Source: Terriglobia bacterium | Lineage (GTDB): Bacteria > Acidobacteriota > Polarisedimenticolia > Polarisedimenticolales > JAIQFR01 | Reading direction: 5' to 3' | Assembly: GCA_963748015.1 (NCBI GenBank) | Contig: CAVVHE010000008.1 | Span: 801,285-865,284, forward strand | Length of the DNA stretch: 64,000 bases | Shown here: positions 1-6,903 of the stretch, piece after piece | Position numbering within the stretch: the stretch's first letter is position 1 | How the letters are laid out: each line of letters opens with the position of its first letter | Translations under genes and position numbers: made by a program | Notes under the pieces: generated by a model | Seen by the model: only the letters and a program-made list of their open reading frames with translations | Told to the model about the DNA's origin: nothing | Databases searched by the model: none

Positions 1-1011
1 CTCTCCGAAGGTCCAGACGACCACGGTCGCGATCACCGACCAGCCGCCGCGAGCGAGCGCCATCGCGCCGAAACCGGCTCCCACGAGGAGTGCCCCGAGC
101 GCCAGGGTGCGGCCGGGGTGCCAGTGGGCGGTGGAGGTGTTGATCTGGACCTCGAGGAACACGATCAAGAGCGTGTTGACGGTGAACAGGAGGCCGTAGA
201 ACGACTCCGATAGCGAGAGGTCGCGCACCAGGTAGAGCGGCATCGAGGACACGTGCTGGAAGAAGACCATCGTGACCGGGAGCAGCGCCGCGAGGAACAG
301 GAGAAACCGCCCGTTGAGGTGCGCCGGGGGAGAGGAGATCGCCCGCGGCCCCGAGAGCGCCGGGCGAGCCGTCTCGACGCGGGCGTGGCGCGGGGCCGCC
401 GATCCGAACAGGGCTAGAACCGCGCCGGCGAGGAGCGTCGTCGTCCCGTCCACCGCGAACAGCGCGGCGAAGGAGCGCGTCGCGAGAAAGCCCCCCACCG
501 CCGGCCCCACGCTCATGCCGAGATTGATGGCGAGCCGGTTCAGCGCGAAGATCGCCTTGCGGCGGTCGGGCGGGGCGATCTCGGCGAGGACCGCGAGGTT
601 CGCCGGGCGGAACGACTCCGTCGTCAGCGAGAACACCGCGGTCGCGGCGAGCACCGCCGGCCAGCTCCTCGCCAGCGGGAACGCGAGCATGACCGCTCCC
701 GAGGAGAAGAGCGACATCTTCATGACCCGCAGGTGCCCGAGACGGTCGCAAAGGCGCCCGGACAGCGGCGCCGCCACGAGGGCGAACGCCCCGTAGACCG
801 TCATCACCAGTCCGGCGCGCCCGGCGGGGAACCCCAGGTCCCGCGCGAGGTACAGGACGAGGAACGGGAGGGCCATCGTCCCGCAGCGGTTCACGAGGGT
901 CGAGGCGAAGAGGACCCAGGCCTGCCTGGGGAGGCCGGCGAGACCCTTCCAGGGGTTGGGGAGGATCGCCAAGAGCGTGCCCCCGGCGCGGAGAGCCCAC
1001 GCCGGAGCCAT
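1..1011 (-). CDS. MFS transporter, N-terminal ~337 aa (gene runs off the left window edge)
   Basis: Not in the ORF track because no stop lies in the window. Manual reverse translation from ATG (cat at 1009-1011) gives MAPAWALRAGGTLLAILPNPWKGLAGLPRQAWVLFASTLVNRCGTMALPFLVLYLARDLGF... It shows successive hydrophobic helices and an MFS motif-A-like loop GRLCDRLGHLRV. Confidence 0.8.
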   Translation of the reverse strand, partial: MAPAWALRAGGTLLAILPNPWKGLAGLPRQAWVLFASTLVNRCGTMALPFLVLYLARDLGFPAGRAGLVMTVYGAFALVAAPLSGRLCDRLGHLRVMKMSLFSSGAVMLAFPLARSWPAVLAATAVFSLTTESFRPANLAVLAEIAPPDRRKAIFALNRLAINLGMSVGPAVGGFLATRSFAALFAVDGTTTLLAGAVLALFGSAAPRHARVETARPALSGPRAISSPPAHLNGRFLLFLAALLPVTMVFFQHVSSMPLYLVRDLSLSESFYGLLFTVNTLLIVFLEVQINTSTAHWHPGRTLALGALLVGAGFGAMALARGGWSVIATVVVWTFGE

Positions 1012-1073
1012 CTTAGCCCACGCCAACCGCCGCCCGCGGTTGCCGTATCATCTCCCGCAAAGGGGGAAGCGCG

Positions 1074-1535
1074 ATGAGCCTCAAGGAGCGGATCGGCGAG
1101 GAGATGAAGACGGCGATGAAGTCCGGGGACAAGGACCGCCTGGGCGTCCTGAGGATGCTGCGGGCCCGCGTTCTCGAGGCCGAGGTCTCCGCGCGCGAGA
1201 AGCAGGGGCGCGACCACGAGGCGACCGACGAGGAGGTCGTCGCCGTGATCTCGTCCTACGCCAAGCAGCGCAGGGACTCGATCGAGGCGTACCGGGGCGG
1301 GGGCCGGGAGGACCTCGCCGCGCGCGAGGAGGCCGAGCTGAAGATCGTGCAGGAGTACCTCCCGGCGCCGCTGACGCCGGACGAGATCCGGGCGATCGTC
1401 GCGGCATCGATCGCCGAGGCGGGAGCGAAATCGGCGAAGGACATGGGCGCCGTGATGAAGCTCGTCATGCCGCGGCTCAAGGGGAGCGCGGACGGCAAGC
1501 AGGTGCAGGAGATCGTCCGCTCGCTCCTCTCGTGA
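1074..1535 (+). CDS. yqeY: GatB/YqeY domain-containing protein
   Basis: 153 aa. MSLKERIGEEMKTAMKSGDKDRLGVLRMLRA...YAKQRRDSIEAYRGGGREDLAAREEAELKIVQEYLP...MGAVMKLVMPRLKGSADGKQVQEIV is the typical YqeY pattern. Confidence 0.9.
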   Translation: MSLKERIGEEMKTAMKSGDKDRLGVLRMLRARVLEAEVSAREKQGRDHEATDEEVVAVISSYAKQRRDSIEAYRGGGREDLAAREEAELKIVQEYLPAPLTPDEIRAIVAASIAEAGAKSAKDMGAVMKLVMPRLKGSADGKQVQEIVRSLLS

Positions 1536-1544
1536 GGTGACGTC

Positions 1545-2138
1545 ATGGCGGCGACGAAGAAGAGCGAAGCGGTACCCCGCCTCGCCTACCGTCCGCTCAC
1601 CCCGGAGCGCTTCGAGGACTTCGAGGCGCTCTTCGGCGAACGGGGCGCGTGCGGCGGCTGCTGGTGCATGTGGTGGAGGCTCGCGCGCCCGGAGTTCGAG
1701 CGCGGGAAGGGAGCGGGGAACCGGCGCGCGATGAAGAAAATCGTGACGTCCGGGGAAGTCCCGGGGATTCTCGCGTTCGCCGGGGACGAGCCGGTCGCCT
1801 GGTGCGCTCTGGCTCCGAGAGAGCGGTACTCGAGACTGGCCCGGTCCAGGGTCCTGGCACCCGTGGACGAGGAGCCGGTGTGGTCCATCGTCTGCTTCTT
1901 CGTCGCGCGGTCCTTCCGGCGGCGGGGGATCACGACGGGCTTGATCGAGGCCGCGGTTGCCCACGCGCGGCGCCACGGCGCGCGCGTCGTCGAGGGGTAC
2001 CCGGTCTCGCCGCGCAAGGGCGCGATGCCCGACGCGTTCGCCTACACGGGCCTCCCGTCGGCGTTCGAGCGGGCCGGGTTCCGCGAGGTCCTGCGCCGTT
2101 CGGAGACGCGCCCGATCGTGCGGACCCGTCCCCGGTGA
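1545..2138 (+). CDS. GNAT family N-acetyltransferase
   Basis: 197 aa. It has the CGGCWCMWWRL motif and the acetyl-CoA-binding-like RSFRRRGITTGLIEAAVAHARRHGARVVEGYP. It starts 9 nt after yqeY. Confidence 0.8.
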   Translation: MAATKKSEAVPRLAYRPLTPERFEDFEALFGERGACGGCWCMWWRLARPEFERGKGAGNRRAMKKIVTSGEVPGILAFAGDEPVAWCALAPRERYSRLARSRVLAPVDEEPVWSIVCFFVARSFRRRGITTGLIEAAVAHARRHGARVVEGYPVSPRKGAMPDAFAYTGLPSAFERAGFREVLRRSETRPIVRTRPR

Positions 2139-2193
2139 GCCTCCGGGCCCGGAGAGGGCGACAGCCCCCGGTCCCGCTGGTATTCTCGGGATC

Positions 2194-4146
2194 GTGAAGA
2201 TCAGGACCGCCTGCAACCGCGATTGCCCCGACGCCTGCGGCATGATCGCCACGGTCGAGGACGGGCGCGTGGTCCGTCTCGAGGGGGACCCCGATCATCC
2301 GGTCACGCGGGGATTCCTCTGCTACCGCACGAACCGGTTTCTCGAGAGGCAGTACGATCCCGGGCGGCTAGCCACGCCGCTGCTGCGCCGCGGGTCCGAT
2401 TTCCGTCCGATCTCCTGGGACGACGCTCTCGACCTCGTCGCGGAGAAAATGCTGCGCATCAAGAGCGAGTCGGGGAGCGCCGCGATCCTCGAGTACCGGA
2501 GCGGCGGCTCCCTCGGCATCCTCAAGCAGCTCACCGGCTGGTTCTTCGAGCGGTTCGGGCCGGTCACGGTCACCTCGGGAAGCGTCTGCTCGGGGCCGGG
2601 GGAGTGGGCGCAGAAGGAGGACTTCGGCGTCTCGGACAGCAACGACCTTCTCGACCTCCTGAACAGCAGGACGATCGTGCTTTGGGGGAAGAACCCCCAC
2701 GTGAGCAGCGTTCACCTGCTGCCGGTCCTCCGCGACGCGCGCGAGCGCGGCGCCCGCCTCGTGCTCGTGGACCCGATACGCCACCGCGGGGCCGATCTTT
2801 GCGACGTCTACCTGCAGCCGCGCCCCGGAGGGGACGCCGCTCTCGGGCTCGGGGTCGCCCGGCGGCTCTTCGAGCGCGGCGGGGTCGATCCCGCCGTCGG
2901 CTCCTACTGCGATCACCTCGACGCGTTTCGCTCCCTGGCGTTCTCGCGCGCCGAGACGGAGTGGGCCGGCCTGGCCGGCGTCTCGCCCGGCGACCTCGCC
3001 GCGCTGTCCGACGCCTACGCCGCCGGGCCCTCCGCGATCCTCGTGGGGTGGGGGATGCAGCGCCGGAGCAACGGCGCCGCCGCCGTACGCGTCCTCGACG
3101 CACTCGGCGCGGTCTCGGGGAACCTGGGCATCCCCGGGGGCGGCGTCTCCTTCTACTTCCGCCGGCGCGGCGCCTTCGACCTGTCGTTCATCGGCGGCGA
3201 GCGCGCCGCCGCGCGGACCCTGCCGGAGCCGCTCCTCGGCCCGGGCATCCTCGAGGCGTCGGACCCGGCGGTCCGGATGGTGTGGATCAGCTGCGGCAAC
3301 CCGGTGGCGATGCTCCCCGAATCGCGCACGACGGCCCGCGCTCTCGAGACGCGGGAGCTGACCGTCGTGGTGGACGCGTTCCTCACCGACACCGCGCGCT
3401 CGGCGCACCTCGTGTTGCCGGCGACCACCATGCTGGAGGACGACGACCTCCTCGGGTCGTACGGGCATCACTGGATCGCGGAGCTGCGCCCCGCCGTCCC
3501 GCCGCCCGAGGGGGTCCTGACCGACTACGAGATCGTGCGGAGGCTCGCGCTTCGCGTCGGTCTCGGCGGAGACTTCCCGGAGGACGTCGAGGCGTGGAAG
3601 CGGCGCCTGCTCGAGCCCGTGGCGGCGCGCGGCGGATCCCTCGAGGAGCTGCGTCGCGGCGCGTTGCGGAACCCGCTCGCGCCGCGCGTGTTGTTCGAGG
3701 ACCGGGTCTTCCCGACGCCGAGCGGGCGGGTGAACCTGGCGCGCGCCGCCGACGCCGAGCCGCCCGTCCCTCCCGCGGAGCGGCCGCTGTTCCTCATGGC
3801 GATCTCGACCGAGAAGGCGCAGTGCTCGCAGTGGCCCGCGCGCGCGCAGGAGGGGCCGCTCGCCGCCACGGTCCACCCCGAGGCGGCCCCCGGCCTGCGG
3901 GAGGGCGAGGTGGTCGCGCTCGAGTCGGAGATCGGAAGCCTCGACGTGCGACTCGTGTTCGACGCGCGGCAGCGCCGGGACGTCGTGCTGGTGCCCAAGG
4001 GCGGATGGCTTCACCGGGAGCGCTGCGCGAACGCGCTGACGCCCGCCCGCCTCACCGACGCGGGGGAGGGAGCGGTCTACTACGAGACGCCGGTGAGGAT
4101 TCGCCCCGCGGGAGCGGATCCCGCCCCCGCCGCCCCGCGTTCCTGA
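2194..4146 (+). CDS. Molybdopterin (bis-MGD) oxidoreductase family protein, cytoplasmic type
   Basis: Lies in track ORF 1957..4146. I place the start at GTG 2194 (VKIRTACNRDCPDACGM), so the protein begins with the N-terminal 4Fe-4S Cys cluster C-x3-C-x3-C. It has molybdopterin oxidoreductase-like core blocks (LWGKNPHVSS, HLVLPATTMLEDDD) and a C-terminal beta-barrel. The N-terminal 79 aa of the track ORF overlap the GNAT gene and are Arg/Ser-rich junk. Confidence 0.8.
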   Translation: MKIRTACNRDCPDACGMIATVEDGRVVRLEGDPDHPVTRGFLCYRTNRFLERQYDPGRLATPLLRRGSDFRPISWDDALDLVAEKMLRIKSESGSAAILEYRSGGSLGILKQLTGWFFERFGPVTVTSGSVCSGPGEWAQKEDFGVSDSNDLLDLLNSRTIVLWGKNPHVSSVHLLPVLRDARERGARLVLVDPIRHRGADLCDVYLQPRPGGDAALGLGVARRLFERGGVDPAVGSYCDHLDAFRSLAFSRAETEWAGLAGVSPGDLAALSDAYAAGPSAILVGWGMQRRSNGAAAVRVLDALGAVSGNLGIPGGGVSFYFRRRGAFDLSFIGGERAAARTLPEPLLGPGILEASDPAVRMVWISCGNPVAMLPESRTTARALETRELTVVVDAFLTDTARSAHLVLPATTMLEDDDLLGSYGHHWIAELRPAVPPPEGVLTDYEIVRRLALRVGLGGDFPEDVEAWKRRLLEPVAARGGSLEELRRGALRNPLAPRVLFEDRVFPTPSGRVNLARAADAEPPVPPAERPLFLMAISTEKAQCSQWPARAQEGPLAATVHPEAAPGLREGEVVALESEIGSLDVRLVFDARQRRDVVLVPKGGWLHRERCANALTPARLTDAGEGAVYYETPVRIRPAGADPAPAAPRS

Positions 4147-4174
4147 GACGAGGAATCTCCCGCGCTCACGAGGA

Positions 4175-4921
4175 TCACGCGCGCGTCGCTTCCATCAGCC
4201 TCTTGCGCTCCCTCGGCGGGAAGTGCTCGATCGCGTAACGCAGCGTCGTTCGCGGGATCCTCGGGCCGTGGGCGAGCAGGTAGCGCTCGAGGCGCGCGCG
4301 TTCGGTCCGGCCCGCCTCCCGCAGGAGCCAGCCGACGGCCTTGTGGGCGAGGTCCTCGCGGTCGCCCAGGAGGCGGGTCGCGATCTCGTAGGCGGCGTCG
4401 AGGTTCTTTCCGCGGCGGGCGTGGGGGACGAACGCGACCGCGGCCGCGCGCCTCACCCAGAGGACCGGCGAGGCGGTCCACGCCTTGACGTCCGGGATCA
4501 GCTCGGGATGGCGTTCGAGGAGCGGGCCCAGCAGGTGGGGTGCGATCTCGTCCACGGTCGCCCAATTGCCGGAGTGCCGCTCGATCCAGCCCTCGATTCG
4601 CGGCAGGTGTCTCGGCTCGAGGCGTTTCTCGAATTTTCCGAGGAGCTCGAGGCCCACCGCCTTCACCTCGAGACGACGGTCGCGGACCAGCACGTCGCAG
4701 AACGCGACCGCGTCGTCCACGCTCCACGCGTTCCGCACGTCCCGGTAGAGGCCGGAGACCGTGCCGCGCACGACCGGGAGCGGGATCCCGAGCGCCGCCA
4801 CGGTCTCCTTGAAGTAGCGCTGCACGTCCATCGCCCTGCGCGGGTCGGCGCGCGCTTCGAGGTGCGCTCGGGCCTCGCGCGCGGCGGCGCGGGGAGACGG
4901 GATCTTGGGGCGCGGGGGCAC
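4175..4921 (-). CDS. DNA alkylation repair protein (AlkD-like HEAT-repeat family)
   Basis: 248 aa. DVQRYFKE..., WVRRAAAVAF and HKAVGWLLREAG are characteristic of the DNA alkylation repair enzyme family. Confidence 0.8.
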   Translation of the reverse strand: MPPRPKIPSPRAAAREARAHLEARADPRRAMDVQRYFKETVAALGIPLPVVRGTVSGLYRDVRNAWSVDDAVAFCDVLVRDRRLEVKAVGLELLGKFEKRLEPRHLPRIEGWIERHSGNWATVDEIAPHLLGPLLERHPELIPDVKAWTASPVLWVRRAAAVAFVPHARRGKNLDAAYEIATRLLGDREDLAHKAVGWLLREAGRTERARLERYLLAHGPRIPRTTLRYAIEHFPPRERKRLMEATRA

Positions 4922-4922
4922 G

Positions 4923-5429
4923 CTACTGCGTCCGGTAGTTGCCGAACTGGAGCTCCATCCCGAAGTCCTCTTGCTTGAGGAGGGCCATCACGTTCTGGAG
5001 CTCGTCGCGGGACGGCGACGACACGCGGACCTGCTCCGCCTGGATCGCCGCCTGGATCTTCTTCAGCTTCCTGTCCTTGATGAACTTGACGATCGCGCGC
5101 GCCGTCTCGGTCGGGATCCCCTGCTGGAGGTCGACCTGCTGGCGCACCGTCCCGCCGGCGGCCGGCTCGACCTTCCCCGGCTTCATGTTGCGCAGGGGAA
5201 CGTGGCGGCGGGCGAGCTTCTGCTGGAGGACCTCCCACATCGCCCTGACCTTGAAGTCGTCCGGGCCGGCCAGGACGATCCGGTTCTCGGTGCGGTCGAG
5301 CTCCAGGGAGACCTTGAGCCCCTTGAAGTCGTACCGCTGCGTGATCTCCTTCACCGCCTGGTTGACGGCGTTGTCGACCTCCTGCAGGTCGCACCCCACC
5401 GTGACGTCGAAAGACTGAATGGCTGCCAC
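4923..5429 (-). CDS. yajQ: YajQ family cyclic-di-GMP/nucleotide-binding protein (UPF0234)
   Basis: 168 aa. SFDVTVGCDLQEVDNAVNQAVKEITQRYDFKG...VRVSSPSRDELQNVMALLKQEDFGMELQFGNYR matches the conserved YajQ pattern. Confidence 0.9.
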   Translation of the reverse strand: MAAIQSFDVTVGCDLQEVDNAVNQAVKEITQRYDFKGLKVSLELDRTENRIVLAGPDDFKVRAMWEVLQQKLARRHVPLRNMKPGKVEPAAGGTVRQQVDLQQGIPTETARAIVKFIKDRKLKKIQAAIQAEQVRVSSPSRDELQNVMALLKQEDFGMELQFGNYRTQ

Positions 5430-5493
5430 GAGATGCCTCCGTCGCGCCGCGCGGCGAGCGGGCGTCTACGCGCGGGAGTATAGCGCCGCCGGG

Positions 5494-6723
5494 TCAGTCC
5501 ACGGAAGGAAGGCTCGAGGCCTCCGGGCCGCCGCCGCCATCCTTCCGCGCGCCGCGCGGAGGGAGGAGCCGGGCGCGCGTCATGGCGTCGCTGCCGAGAC
5601 GCTCCCGGACCTCGTCGGCCGCGAGCGAAGCCCGCCTCGTCCGCTCCTCGCGCGGATCGGGGAAGAGCGCCGAGGGCGCGGCGCCGGCGGCCTCCAGACC
5701 GCTCACCCCGACGCCCAGGAGCCGGACGCCGCGCCCGCCGAGGTCGATTCGCTCCCGGTAGAGCTGGCGCGCCGCGCGCACCACCACCTCGGCCAGGTCG
5801 GTCGGCGAGCGGAGGGTCAGCGCGCGGGTCCAGGTGGTGAAATCGCCCGTGCGCACCTTGATGTGAACCGTGCGGGCCGCGAGCCCCTCGCGCCGCAGCT
5901 CGCGCGCGACCCCCTCGGAGCGGGCGAGGAGGGCGCGGTCGATCTCGTCCCCGTCGGTCAGATCCTCGCCGTAGGTGCGCTCCTCGGAAACGGATTTCGG
6001 GTCGTGACGGGCGACGACCGGGCGGTCGTCGTCGCCTCGCGCGAGGGCACGGAGGTGTTGCGCCCCGCCGCGGCCCACGAGCGCGGCGAGGCCGTCCTCG
6101 GAGACGCGCAGCAGGTCGCCGACGGAGCGGAGGCCGCCGGCCGCGAGCCGCTCGGCCGTCTTGGGGCCGACGCCCCAGAGCCGCCGGACCGGCATCGGCC
6201 AGAGTCGGCGGGGGACGTCCTCGAGGGGGAAGACGACGAGGCCGTCGGGCTTCTCGAGGTCGGAGGCGATCTTCGCGAGGAACTTGTTCGGCGCGATGCC
6301 GACCGACGAGGTCAGGCGCTCCTCCCGGCGGATTCGCTCCTTGAGGGCGAGGGCGACCTCGCTCCCCTCCGCGAGGTCGCGGGCGATGCCGGTGAGATCG
6401 ACGAACGCCTCGTCGATGGAGAGCGGCTCCACGAGCGGCGAGACGGGCTCGATGATCGCGTGGATCCGGCGGGAGACCTCGACGTAACGCTCCATCCGCC
6501 CCGGGAGCCAGATCGCGCCGGGGCAGAGGCGCTCCGCCGTGATCGACGGCATCGCCGACCGCACGCCGAACTTCCGCGCCTCGTAGGAGCAGGTCGAGAC
6601 CACGCCGCGCCGCCCCCGGTGGCCGATGATGAGCGGCTTCCCGGCGAGCGCCGGGTCGTCCCGCACCTCCACCGCCGCGTAGAACGCGTCCATGTCGAGG
6701 TGGAGGATGATGATCGCAATCAT
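5494..6723 (-). CDS. dinB: DNA polymerase IV (Y-family)
   Basis: Track ORF 5494..6870. The real start is most likely ATG 6723 (MIAIIILHLDMDAFYAAVEVRDDPALAGKPLIIG). Motifs include SYEARKFGVRSAMP and SIDEAFLDLT-like SIDEAFVDLT. Confidence 0.9.
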   Translation of the reverse strand: MIAIIILHLDMDAFYAAVEVRDDPALAGKPLIIGHRGRRGVVSTCSYEARKFGVRSAMPSITAERLCPGAIWLPGRMERYVEVSRRIHAIIEPVSPLVEPLSIDEAFVDLTGIARDLAEGSEVALALKERIRREERLTSSVGIAPNKFLAKIASDLEKPDGLVVFPLEDVPRRLWPMPVRRLWGVGPKTAERLAAGGLRSVGDLLRVSEDGLAALVGRGGAQHLRALARGDDDRPVVARHDPKSVSEERTYGEDLTDGDEIDRALLARSEGVARELRREGLAARTVHIKVRTGDFTTWTRALTLRSPTDLAEVVVRAARQLYRERIDLGGRGVRLLGVGVSGLEAAGAAPSALFPDPREERTRRASLAADEVRERLGSDAMTRARLLPPRGARKDGGGGPEASSLPSVD

Positions 6724-6903
6724 CGCGCGCCCTTTCGTTTGCACGGACCAGCATAGTCGCTCTTGGCGGAGGCTTCCGCCTCCGACTCCGGGTAGGCCAA
6801 GGGGCGGCGGTTTCGACGTATACTCCCCGCATCGTCCGAGGCTGCGAGCGTGCCTCGGGGGCCCGTTCACGGCCCGGAAAGGCTGGCCGCCACGGGGGCA
6901 TCC

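Noticed and set aside
1957-2193. N-terminal extensions of track ORFs (also 23208-23627, 11152-11301, 6724-6870, 51844-51987, 55279-55419, 26741-26773)
   Set aside because: The extensions overlap neighbouring genes or intergenic promoters and are low complexity. The family-typical N-termini (Cys cluster, signal peptide, MCG of PurF, REC domain) begin at internal ATG/GTG codons, often with an SD sequence.
891-2252. 453-aa minus-strand ORF, and many similar long ORFs (e.g. 2223..4238 +, 2368..4014 -, 5351..7039 -, 11203..13050 -, 13295..14698 -, 20418..21845 +, 23688..25400 -, 27250..28818 -, 35253..36692 -, 39129..41252 +, 49084..50586 +)
   Set aside because: Their composition is Arg/Pro/Gly/Ala-dominated and low complexity with no motifs. 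They are antisense or frame-shifted relative to genes with clear family signatures. This is the expected stop-codon-poor artefact of ~70% GC DNA.
6724-6903. LexA/SOS box upstream of dinB
   Set aside because: I scanned for CTGT-N8-ACAG, CGAAC-N4-GTTCG and GTTC-N7-GTTC types on both strands and found no convincing match. Only a 7-bp hairpin (CGGAGGC-TTCC-GCCTCCG) and a TATACT hexamer are present.
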